40,495 nt of DNA, from assembly GCA_946629205.1 (NCBI GenBank), contig CAMOXP010000001.1:1-40495 (forward strand), given 5' to 3'. The stretch comes from an uncultured Bacillota bacterium (lineage in GTDB: Bacteria; Bacillota; Clostridia; Peptostreptococcales; Anaerovoracaceae). Position numbers and translations under genes: made by a program. Positions 28,882 to 37,691 of this stretch are shown piece after piece. Position 1 is the first letter of the stretch. Each line of letters starts with the position of its first letter. The notes beneath the pieces were generated by a model. That model did not search any database, was not told where the DNA came from, and saw only the letters and a list, made by a program, of their open reading frames with translations.

Positions 28882-29426
28882 CAATTTTCCTCCAAGTGTT
28901 CTTCCAAATATTTTTTTGCTTCTACAGTGTCGGGATGCAGATACCATCCCTTTTGTTCCAGTACGTGTTGAATCGTCCTTGCCATGGACAGAATGCACGC
29001 CTTGTCCAGATCTTTTTCTGCAGCCGCCCTGATCTCATCGACGCAGGGGTAGTCCCTGCCCGGTTCGATCGCATCGGCGAGAAATATGATTTTCTCAAGT
29101 GTGGACATTCCTGCGCGGCCGGTCGTATGGTTAGCGATGGCATTCAAAATATCCTCATCCTCGATGCCGAAAATTTCTCTCGACATCTCTGCACCGATCT
29201 TGCTGTGGGCAAAATCCATATTGACGCCGGGCCGTTTCTCATATTTCGCCATATCATGCAGGAGAGCGGCGATTTCAGCTTTATAAACATCCGCACCAAA
29301 TTGAACTGCCATCTTTTTCGCCAGGGTCGTTACATTCATCGTGTGAATGTATCTGGACTCCTTCAGATGCTCCCGCAGATACGGTATGATTTCTTTTTTC
29401 AGTCTTTCACACTCTGTATAATCCAT
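28881..29426 (-). CDS. yqeK: HD-domain Ap4A hydrolase YqeK
   Basis: RYIHT, ALLHDMAK, AH...GA, AIANHTTG, KIIFLADAIEPGR; nadD-yqeK-rsfS order. Confidence 0.9.
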   Translation of the reverse strand: MDYTECERLKKEIIPYLREHLKESRYIHTMNVTTLAKKMAVQFGADVYKAEIAALLHDMAKYEKRPGVNMDFAHSKIGAEMSREIFGIEDEDILNAIANHTTGRAGMSTLEKIIFLADAIEPGRDYPCVDEIRAAAEKDLDKACILSMARTIQHVLEQKGWYLHPDTVEAKKYLEEHLEEN

Positions 29427-30015
29427 GTTCCGTAATATATCGCAGCACTTCCGGCGGCATCAGATCATCCACTGGTCTTCCGGCCGCTATCTTTTCCCTG
29501 ATTTCCGTAGCGGAGATGTCAAGTTCTGTTTTATTCATACTGATAACTTCTGTACCGTATGTTTCCGTGATCCTCTGTACGGCCTCACGGTACTCGTCCT
29601 GACGGTAACCGGGACGGGTGCCGATGATATAGGCGTAGTTTGTCAGAAGCTCCTCAGCGTTCATCCAAGTTTCGATCTTAAGGAAACTGTCCGTTCCGGT
29701 AATGAAATACAGTCTCGTATCGCTTCCGTAAAACTCCTGCATGTGACGGAGGGTCAGATACGTATACGAAACGCTTTCCTGTTCCAGTTCGAATTTCGAC
29801 ACCGTAATATGATCATCCATGCCTGCAGCCAGCGCGAGCATGTTGAACCGGTCTTCACCGGAAGCGTACTTGCGGTCCTGCTTGAAGGGCTGGATGCGGG
29901 CAGGGATCATGACCACTTCATGCAGTTCTGCCTCCCTGACTGCGTCTTCAGCCAATGCTATGTGCCCGTAATGAACCGGGTCGAATGTTCCTCCAAGGAT
30001 CCCTATCTTCTTCAT
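29407..30015 (-). CDS. nadD: Nicotinate-nucleotide adenylyltransferase
   Basis: [30 protein letters not shown]. Confidence 0.95.
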   Translation of the reverse strand: MKKIGILGGTFDPVHYGHIALAEDAVREAELHEVVMIPARIQPFKQDRKYASGEDRFNMLALAAGMDDHITVSKFELEQESVSYTYLTLRHMQEFYGSDTRLYFITGTDSFLKIETWMNAEELLTNYAYIIGTRPGYRQDEYREAVQRITETYGTEVISMNKTELDISATEIREKIAAGRPVDDLMPPEVLRYITEHGLYRV

Positions 30016-31772
30016 TTTCTGAGCTCGATCCCAAGTTCCTCGAGCTGGGCCTCGTCCACCAGTCCCGGCGCTTCACTGACCATGCACTGGGCGTTCTGGT
30101 TCTTCGGGAATGCGATGACTTCCCGAATGGACTTCTCCCCTGTAAGGAGCATGACCAGTCTATCCAGTCCGTATGCCAGTCCGCCGTGAGGCGGAGCACC
30201 GTACTTGAAGGCTTCGACCAGGAATCCGAATTTCTCATCGATATCTTCCTGCGTCATATTCAGCGCTTTGAACATATCCTCCTGCATCTCCTGGTCGTGG
30301 ATCCTGATGCTCCCGCCGCCGAGCTCGACGCCGTTGAGCACGATATCGTAGGCGTTGGCAAGGCATTTATGAGGATCTGTCTTCAGAAGCTGCGCGTGCT
30401 CCTCCTTCGGAGATGTAAACGGATGATGCATCGCGGACCATCTGTCTTCCTTTTCATCATACTCAAAGAGCGGGAAGTCGACGACCCACAGGAAGTTGAA
30501 CTTGTTGTCATCCAGCAGTCCCATCTCTCCTGCGATATGTCTTCTCAGGAATCCCAGGCTGTCGAATACGACCTTGTTCGTATCCGATATGATCAGCATG
30601 AGATCTCCTGCTTTTGCATCCATAGCATCAGCCAGTTCGGAGAGCTGCTCCGGTGAAAAGAATTTATTTACAGATGAGGAAACGCCGTCCTGCGTCTTCT
30701 TCATCCATACCATGCCTTTGGCGCCGTAGCTCTTGACGGCTTCCGTCAGCTTATCGATCTTCTTTCGAGTATACTGATCCGCTCCGCCTGTGATGCAGAT
30801 GCCGCGGACGCTGCCGCCTGCCGCTATGGCGTCTGTAAAGACCTTGAAGGAGCAGTCTTTCACCAGATCGGTCAAGTCACTGAGTTCAAATCCGAACCGG
30901 GTGTCCGGCTTGTCGCTGCCGTAGCGGTTCATCGCTTCTTCCCAGGTCATGCGCGGGAATGGAGTTTCGATCTCGAGTCCCTTCATTTCCTTCATGACTC
31001 TCTTCAGGAACCCTTCCTGGATCTCAATGACATCATCTACGTCCACAAAGGACATCTCCAGGTCGATCTGCGTGAATTCCGGCTGTCTGTCGGCTCTGAG
31101 GTCTTCGTCACGGAAGCACTTGACGATCTGGAAATACCGATCCGTTCCGCCTACCATCAGCAGCTGCTTAAAGGTCTGCGGCGACTGCGGCAGCGCGTAA
31201 AATCTGCCCAGGTTGATCCTGCTCGGCACCAGATAGTCTCTGGCCCCTTCCGGCGTAGATTTGATGAGCATAGGTGTTTCAACTTCAGTGAAACCCTGTT
31301 CCGCATAATAATTTCTCGCCAGTGTCGTCAGCGCCGCGCGGAAAGAAAGATTGTCCTGCATTTTCTTTTTGCGCAGATCCAGATATCTGTATTTGAGTCT
31401 TAGATTGTCGTCAACGTTGTCATCGTCCTTGATGTAGATCGGCGGGGTCTCGGATTTAGAGTAAACCACCAGATCGTCGGCGATGACTTCGATGTCCCCG
31501 GTCTCCATATCAGGGTTCTTCGATTCGCGCTCTATGACCTTGCCCTTCACGCCGACCACATACTCGCTCCGTAGTGTGTCTGCCAGTGCAAAAAGTTCCT
31601 CGCTCGTCTCATCGTTGAATACGACCTGTGTGATTCCGGTCTTGTCTCTCACGTCACAGAAGATGAGCCCTCCAAGATTGCGCCTCTTCTGTATCCATCC
31701 GTTCAGTACAACGTTTTCTCCGATATTATCGCTTCTCAGCTGTCCGCACATATGCGTCCGCTTATATACCAT
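30012..31772 (-). CDS. aspS: Aspartate--tRNA ligase (probably discriminating type)
   Basis: [47 protein letters not shown] has Leu where non-discriminating enzymes usually have His. Confidence 0.97.
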   Translation of the reverse strand: MVYKRTHMCGQLRSDNIGENVVLNGWIQKRRNLGGLIFCDVRDKTGITQVVFNDETSEELFALADTLRSEYVVGVKGKVIERESKNPDMETGDIEVIADDLVVYSKSETPPIYIKDDDNVDDNLRLKYRYLDLRKKKMQDNLSFRAALTTLARNYYAEQGFTEVETPMLIKSTPEGARDYLVPSRINLGRFYALPQSPQTFKQLLMVGGTDRYFQIVKCFRDEDLRADRQPEFTQIDLEMSFVDVDDVIEIQEGFLKRVMKEMKGLEIETPFPRMTWEEAMNRYGSDKPDTRFGFELSDLTDLVKDCSFKVFTDAIAAGGSVRGICITGGADQYTRKKIDKLTEAVKSYGAKGMVWMKKTQDGVSSSVNKFFSPEQLSELADAMDAKAGDLMLIISDTNKVVFDSLGFLRRHIAGEMGLLDDNKFNFLWVVDFPLFEYDEKEDRWSAMHHPFTSPKEEHAQLLKTDPHKCLANAYDIVLNGVELGGGSIRIHDQEMQEDMFKALNMTQEDIDEKFGFLVEAFKYGAPPHGGLAYGLDRLVMLLTGEKSIREVIAFPKNQNAQCMVSEAPGLVDEAQLEELGIELRK

Positions 31773-31801
31773 GTATCTATCTCCTTTATTCTGTCGTTAT
31801 T

Positions 31802-33055
31802 CTATTTCGTCAGCTCGTCAACGATGCTTCCGACAGGAACGCTGGTTTGCTCTCCTGTCTCCATATCCTTGATCTGCAGCATACCCTCATTCAGTTCATT
31901 CTCACCGATGATGACCGTCTTGGCAGCGCCGGCTCTGTTGGCAAATTTGAACTGATTCTTGAAGTTTCTGCCCATGACGTCCATCTGGACGCTGACGCCC
32001 TTCAGGCGCAGTTCGTGCATCAGGTTCAGCGCGAAGAGTTTCGCCTGGTCACCCATGAATGCGATGAACACATCGGTTCCGGCAGGTTCCGGGATCTCAA
32101 CGCCGCATGCTTCCATGGTCATCAGGATTCTCTCCTTACCCATGCCCCAGCCTACGCCGGGAGTGGAAGGTCCGCCGATTTCCTCGATCAGACCGTCGTA
32201 TCTGCCGCCGCCGCATACAGTTCCCTGCGCGCCGATCTTTGTCGTAACGAACTCAAAAGCAGTCTTTGTATAGTAATCCAGTCCTCTAACGATCTTCGGA
32301 TTGACCACATACTTGATTCCGAACGCATCCAGGTTGGCTTTGAGCTCTTCGAAAGCCTGTTTGCAGTCATCACAGAGGTAGTCCAGCATCATCGGAGCAT
32401 CCTTCACCAGTTCCTGGTCGATCGGGGATTTGCAGTCGAGGATTCTCATCGGATTGGTGTGGAACCGTTCCTGACAGGTCGGACAGAGTTCATCATACTT
32501 CGGTTCGAGGAACTTCCGCAGGGCATCTCTGTGCTTGCCTCTGCACTCCGGGCAGCCGACGCTGTTGATCTGCAGTTCCACATCGGTGATCCCCATTTCA
32601 TTGATAAAATCGTATCCGATCGCAATGATCTCCGCATCTGCCATCATGTTCATCGTTCCGAACGTCTCTACACCAAACTGGTGGAATTCTCTGAGTCTGC
32701 CTGACTGCGGCTTTTCATACCTGCAGCAAGGAATGTTGTAGTATACCTTTGTCGGCTGCGGATCCGCATATGTCTTGTGCTCACAAAGAGACCTGCATAC
32801 CGGAGAGGTCCCTTCCGGACGCAGCGTGATACTTCTGTTTCCAAAATCCTTGAAGGTGTACATTTCCTTCTGCACGATATCCGTCGTATCGCCGACACCT
32901 CTCTGGAACAGTTCCGTATGTTCGAAAATCGGGGTCCTGATTTCTTTGAACCCGTATCTTCTGCAGATCGCGGCAAACTTTTCTTCGATATAATGCCACT
33001 TATAGATCTGATCCGGCATTACGTCTTTTGTTCCTTTTGGTGCGTTTGTTAACAT
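31802..33055 (-). CDS. hisS: Histidine--tRNA ligase
   Basis: LRPEGT, RYEKPQSGRLREFHQ, VRGLDYYT, GGGRYDGL. Second ATG chosen because it is 7 nt from AGGAGG. Confidence 0.97.
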   Translation of the reverse strand: MLTNAPKGTKDVMPDQIYKWHYIEEKFAAICRRYGFKEIRTPIFEHTELFQRGVGDTTDIVQKEMYTFKDFGNRSITLRPEGTSPVCRSLCEHKTYADPQPTKVYYNIPCCRYEKPQSGRLREFHQFGVETFGTMNMMADAEIIAIGYDFINEMGITDVELQINSVGCPECRGKHRDALRKFLEPKYDELCPTCQERFHTNPMRILDCKSPIDQELVKDAPMMLDYLCDDCKQAFEELKANLDAFGIKYVVNPKIVRGLDYYTKTAFEFVTTKIGAQGTVCGGGRYDGLIEEIGGPSTPGVGWGMGKERILMTMEACGVEIPEPAGTDVFIAFMGDQAKLFALNLMHELRLKGVSVQMDVMGRNFKNQFKFANRAGAAKTVIIGENELNEGMLQIKDMETGEQTSVPVGSIVDELTK

Positions 33056-33070
33056 ATTCATTCCTCCTGT

Positions 33071-34399
33071 CTATATGAAAAAACCTTTTCTTTTTCTATC
33101 TATCATCTCATCGATTCTGTCGATGTAGATTTCATAATTGGAAACGTTTGCGACCCGTTCCAACCGGTTCTCCTCCGGGAAATAGATCTTGCTGATCCCG
33201 CCTGCTCCCAGCGCCAGATTGGACTGAGCCTCCTCCATGATCCTGATGTTGTACAATCCCGGCCTGTCCTCTATACAGAATCCGGTGTTCTCCGTGTTGC
33301 CGGAAGTGTGCTTCTGCCGGTAGAGATAATATGGCCGATATCCTCTGCTCCGAAGGGTTTCATGGGCAGATGCCAGCATACTCTCTCTGAGTTCCTCATC
33401 CTTGTAGTTGAAGTTCTCATCCATCTCCTTCAGCCGCGATGCCCGTTTCACGGCAAGCGTATGAAGTGTAATGTTGTTCGCTCCCAGCCGTATGATTTCG
33501 TCCAGACTGCGGGCAAAATCCGCTTCTGTCTCCTCCGGCAGCCCGGCAATCAGGTCGGCATTGATCACTTCGATGCCCACCTTCCAGGCCAGTTCGAAAG
33601 CTTTGTACACATCCTCCACCTTATGTCTTCGTCCGATCAGATCCAGCGTTTCCTGCTTCATGGACTGAGGGTTGATGCTGATTCGGTCCACGCCGTGATC
33701 GATGAGGACCTGCAGTTTATCTTTCGTGATAGTGTCGGGCCGTCCGGCCTCGACAGTGTATTCTCTTACGCCACCTATTGCAAAAGCATCACTGACTTTG
33801 CTGAGCAGCGAATCCAGTTGACCAGCATTCAGCGTTGTCGGCGTGCCGCCTCCGAAATAGAGGGTTTCCAGCTTATATCCAGCATTCTTCGCAGCAGATC
33901 CGGCATATTCGATTTCTTTTTTCAATGCAGCCAGATACGGCTCCATCTGATCCTGCTGCACCTGATTGCTCGTAAAAGAGCAATAGAGACAACGTGTAGG
34001 ACAGAATGGGATGCCGATATATACAGAAAGACTTTTCGGCGCGGGCTTTCCTGCCTTTGCACGCTGGTAATCAAGGATATCCCTGACCAGAGCCCTCTTG
34101 CTGTCGTGGACCAGATACGATTCTTTCAAGACAGATTCCGGATCTTTCCCTTGATCCAGCATTTCTCCTGCCAGTTTGACCGGCCGGATACCTGTCAGGA
34201 TACCCCATTTGGGACTCTTGCCTGTCGCGCAGGAGAGATCTCTGTATATCTGCCGCTTGACTTCCTCTTTGTCACCCGTGAAGTCGTACTCCAGGAGCGT
34301 ATCCCCTTCCGGTCCGTATTCAGACGGTTGCAGAAACTCTTTGATCAGTTCTTCGTACTGACTGGTATTCTCAATGTTGTTGAATCGAAATCTATACAA
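33071..34399 (-). CDS. hemZ: Radical SAM HemN-family protein HemZ
   Basis: WGILTGIRP, YIGIPFCPTRCLYCSF (CxxxCxxC), GGGTPT, VEAGRPD, PYYLYRQK; TTG start. Confidence 0.92.
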   Translation of the reverse strand: MYRFRFNNIENTSQYEELIKEFLQPSEYGPEGDTLLEYDFTGDKEEVKRQIYRDLSCATGKSPKWGILTGIRPVKLAGEMLDQGKDPESVLKESYLVHDSKRALVRDILDYQRAKAGKPAPKSLSVYIGIPFCPTRCLYCSFTSNQVQQDQMEPYLAALKKEIEYAGSAAKNAGYKLETLYFGGGTPTTLNAGQLDSLLSKVSDAFAIGGVREYTVEAGRPDTITKDKLQVLIDHGVDRISINPQSMKQETLDLIGRRHKVEDVYKAFELAWKVGIEVINADLIAGLPEETEADFARSLDEIIRLGANNITLHTLAVKRASRLKEMDENFNYKDEELRESMLASAHETLRSRGYRPYYLYRQKHTSGNTENTGFCIEDRPGLYNIRIMEEAQSNLALGAGGISKIYFPEENRLERVANVSNYEIYIDRIDEMIDRKRKGFFI

Positions 34400-35015
34400 A
34401 TGGATTATGCTCTTTCTCGAATCCTATATTCGTTGGCCCCATATGACCCGGGAACACCTGCGTATCGTCAGGCAGCGGCCAAAGCTTCGTGTGGATCGCT
34501 TCTTCCAGATCATTGAAAGAACAGCCCGGAAAATCTGTTCTGCCAATAGAAGCTCTGAACAGCGTATCTCCGCTGAACAGCGTATTCTCTTCCGGAATAT
34601 AGATGCACATACCGCCTGGGGAATGGCCCGGTGTAAACAGAAACCGCAGATGCAGTCCCCCCGCATCCATTTCTTCTCCGTCCTCTACATAGCGGTCAGG
34701 TTCTATTATCGTCGGGCGGCCGAACTGCGTGCTCATATTGAAGTTCGTATCGGAAAGCATTTCCTGTTCCTTCGCGTGGGCAATGATTTCAGCATTGGGG
34801 AAATCGCCTTTGAACCCCGGAACGCCCATGATATGGTCCGCATGTCCATGGGTTAAAATAATGTATTTTATGTCTATTCCCATTCCCTTGATCTTGTCGG
34901 CGATGCCTTTGCTGTATTCGCCGGGATCCACGAGAAATCCCTGCATTGTTGCCTCGTTATAGACGAGGTATGTGTTGGTGCCGATGGCTCCTGTTGGTAT
35001 ATTGTAAACCTGCAT
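34392..35015 (-). CDS. MBL-fold metallo-hydrolase (glyoxalase II-like)
   Basis: THGHADH, TPGHSPG, FSGDTLF, IGRTD, PGH. Confidence 0.92.
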   Translation of the reverse strand: MQVYNIPTGAIGTNTYLVYNEATMQGFLVDPGEYSKGIADKIKGMGIDIKYIILTHGHADHIMGVPGFKGDFPNAEIIAHAKEQEMLSDTNFNMSTQFGRPTIIEPDRYVEDGEEMDAGGLHLRFLFTPGHSPGGMCIYIPEENTLFSGDTLFRASIGRTDFPGCSFNDLEEAIHTKLWPLPDDTQVFPGHMGPTNIGFEKEHNPFV

Positions 35016-35027
35016 AATCTATCTCTC

Positions 35028-35477
35028 CTAAAACAGTTTGTGACTTTCCAAAAGGATCGTTACCGGTCCGTCATTGTCGATGCTGACCAGCATCTCCGCC
35101 TGAAACACGCCTTCTTCCACATGTATGCCCCTGGCTTCGATTTTCTCAATGACCTTCCGGTAGAGCGCGTCAGCCTCTTCCGGGCGGGCAGCTGTGAAAT
35201 AACTGGGCCGGTTGCCTTTGCGAACGTCGCCAAGAAGTGTGAACTGGGATACTGCCAGTATTTCCCCGCCTACATCCTGCACGCTGAGGTTCATGACGCC
35301 TTCCGCGTCATCGAACACGCGGAGAGCTGAAACTTTCTTGGCGATATATTCAGCGTCCTTTTCCGTATCTCCTTCTTCGACACCGATGAGGACCATGAGG
35401 CCCTTTCCGATCTGTCCGGTGACGCGGTCCTCTACGGTCACGCTGCTTTTTGTCACTCTCTGTACTACTGCACGCAT
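35028..35477 (-). CDS. dtd: D-aminoacyl-tRNA deacylase
   Basis: MRAVVQRV, VSQFTL, KGNRPS, NDGPVT. Confidence 0.97.
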   Translation of the reverse strand: MRAVVQRVTKSSVTVEDRVTGQIGKGLMVLIGVEEGDTEKDAEYIAKKVSALRVFDDAEGVMNLSVQDVGGEILAVSQFTLLGDVRKGNRPSYFTAARPEEADALYRKVIEKIEARGIHVEEGVFQAEMLVSIDNDGPVTILLESHKLF

Positions 35478-35483
35478 TTGTAT

Positions 35484-37685
35484 TTATCCTTTGTTTCTGT
35501 ATGCTTCGAGAATGCCCGGTATGCCCTTGAACGAGCGGCAGAGCTTCTCAATCTGGGATCTGTCATGTATCATCAGCGTCATGTTGATCCTGACGGTATC
35601 GTCCTTGTTGGCTCTGGCGTTGAGGCCGATGATCCGCACATCCATATCCTCGCAGACCTTGGAGATGCTGGAGAGCAGCCCCTTCTGGTCCTTCGCAATG
35701 ATGCTGATTTCCCCGTCGTAGGCTTTGTTCTCGAGTCTTGGATCCCAGCTGACCGTGATGAGACGGACGCGTTCCTCTTCATCAAGGGCTTTGATGTTGT
35801 CGCAGTCTGTCCTGTGAACGGTAATGCCCCTGCCCTTCGTAATGTATCCGACGATGTCATCTCCCGGTACCGGCGTGCAGCAGCGGGCAATGCTGATCAT
35901 CAGATTGTCGACGCCCTCCACCACGACTCCGGTTTCGGCATCTGCCATGCGGAAACTTTCTATCTTTTTCTGTGTCTTTTCGCTGATCTCATTGAGGTCG
36001 TCGATCAGCGTTTTATTCTTCTCTTCTGTTTCAAGCTTGCGGCGCTCGTCTTCATAGCGCTGGAGCAGGTTGGATACCTTTGTCTGAAGGTTTCCGCCAT
36101 AGCTAAGCTGGTTATACAGATCGTCAGCGTCCTTAAAGCCCAATTCCTTGGCGGCTTTGGAGATATATGTGTTCGTCATCAGTACCCTGGGGTCGAAACC
36201 CTTCCTTCTCAGATACTGGGCGAACAGATCCTTGCCCTTATCGACGGCGTCGTTCTTGTTCTCCCGCTTGAGCCACTGCCGAATCTTATTCCTCGCCGAG
36301 CTGCTCTTGGCGATTTTGAGCCAGTCTATGCTCGGACCGGCCGCGTTTGGTGATGTGACGATGTCAACGATGTTCCCGTTTGCAAGCGGATAGTCGATGG
36401 TGACCATCTTACCGTTGACCTTAGCACCTACGCATTTGCACCCTACGTCTGTATGGATCTTAAATGCAAAATCAAGCGGCGTAGCTCCGGCCGGCAGTTC
36501 GATGACATCTCCCTGAGGAGTAAATACGAATACCTGATTGGAGAAAAGATCCATCTTGAGAGATTCCATGAATTCCTTAGGATCGTTGACGTCCTTCTGC
36601 CATTCCAATGCCTGCCTAAGCCAGCTCAGTTTGACTTCTTCTTTATCACTTGCGACGCCTTCCTTGTATTTCCAATGCGCTGCGATACCATACTCGGCGA
36701 TGTGATGCATCTCCTGAGTACGGATCTGGATCTCGAAAGGTCTCCCGTTTTTCCCCATAACTGTGGTATGAAGCGACTGGTACATATTCGGTTTCGGCAT
36801 CGCGATGTAGTCCTTGAACCGCCCCGGAATCGGCGTCCACATCGTGTGGACCAGGCCGAGAGCCGCGTAACAGTCCCTGACTGTATCTACGATGATCCTT
36901 ACAGCCATCAGATCAAAAATCTCGTCGAGATTCTTGTGCTGGTATTTCATCTTCTTGTAGATGCTGTAGAAGTGCTTGGATCTGCCGTATGTCTCGTGAT
37001 GGATCCCGATCTCATCCAAAGCCTTGCTGATTTCTTCAACAACCTCATTGATGGCGCTCTCGCGTTCTCCTTTTCTCTGGCTGACCTGCTCAGCCAGATC
37101 GTAATACGCTGCAGGCTCCAGGAATTTGAGGGCGATGTCCTCCAGTTCCATCTTCATGGAGTAGATCCCGAGTCTTGCTGCCAGAGGTGCGTAGATATCC
37201 AGCGTTTCCTGACATTTCTCGATGATCTTCTCATGGGTCATATAGTTGATCGTTCTGAGGTTGTGGAGCCTGTCTGCAAGCTTGATAATCAGCACCCTGA
37301 TGTCCTTGGACATCGCAAGGAACATCTTTCGCAGGTTTTCCGCCTGCCGTTCTTCCTTGCTCTCGAATTTGAGAGCGCTCAGCTTGGTGACGCCGTCTAC
37401 GAGTTCGGTGACTTCTGCACCGAAATCCCTCGTCATATCTTCCACTGTATAGGAAGTGTCTTCAATGACATCGTGCAGCAGACCCGCGGCGATGGTCTCG
37501 GAATCCATTCCGAGTTCGGCGAGTATTTCAGCAACTGCGAGAGGATGGATCAGATACTCTTCCCCTGATTTCCTCAGCTGGTTTCTGTGCATCTCCTCGG
37601 CGACATCATAAGCTCTGGAGATGATGTCCATATCGTAGTTAGGGTTGTATTGTTCAATTGTACTGAGGAATTCTCTCTTAGTCAT
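35484..37685 (-). CDS. relA: Bifunctional (p)ppGpp synthetase/hydrolase Rel (long RSH)
   Basis: HD motif LLHDVIED, KLADRLHN, RFKD (RxKD type), YQSLHT, EIQIRT, AAHWKYK; TGS, CC and ACT domains. Confidence 0.97.
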   Translation of the reverse strand: MTKREFLSTIEQYNPNYDMDIISRAYDVAEEMHRNQLRKSGEEYLIHPLAVAEILAELGMDSETIAAGLLHDVIEDTSYTVEDMTRDFGAEVTELVDGVTKLSALKFESKEERQAENLRKMFLAMSKDIRVLIIKLADRLHNLRTINYMTHEKIIEKCQETLDIYAPLAARLGIYSMKMELEDIALKFLEPAAYYDLAEQVSQRKGERESAINEVVEEISKALDEIGIHHETYGRSKHFYSIYKKMKYQHKNLDEIFDLMAVRIIVDTVRDCYAALGLVHTMWTPIPGRFKDYIAMPKPNMYQSLHTTVMGKNGRPFEIQIRTQEMHHIAEYGIAAHWKYKEGVASDKEEVKLSWLRQALEWQKDVNDPKEFMESLKMDLFSNQVFVFTPQGDVIELPAGATPLDFAFKIHTDVGCKCVGAKVNGKMVTIDYPLANGNIVDIVTSPNAAGPSIDWLKIAKSSSARNKIRQWLKRENKNDAVDKGKDLFAQYLRRKGFDPRVLMTNTYISKAAKELGFKDADDLYNQLSYGGNLQTKVSNLLQRYEDERRKLETEEKNKTLIDDLNEISEKTQKKIESFRMADAETGVVVEGVDNLMISIARCCTPVPGDDIVGYITKGRGITVHRTDCDNIKALDEEERVRLITVSWDPRLENKAYDGEISIIAKDQKGLLSSISKVCEDMDVRIIGLNARANKDDTVRINMTLMIHDRSQIEKLCRSFKGIPGILEAYRNKG

Positions 37686-37691
37686 AGCTGC

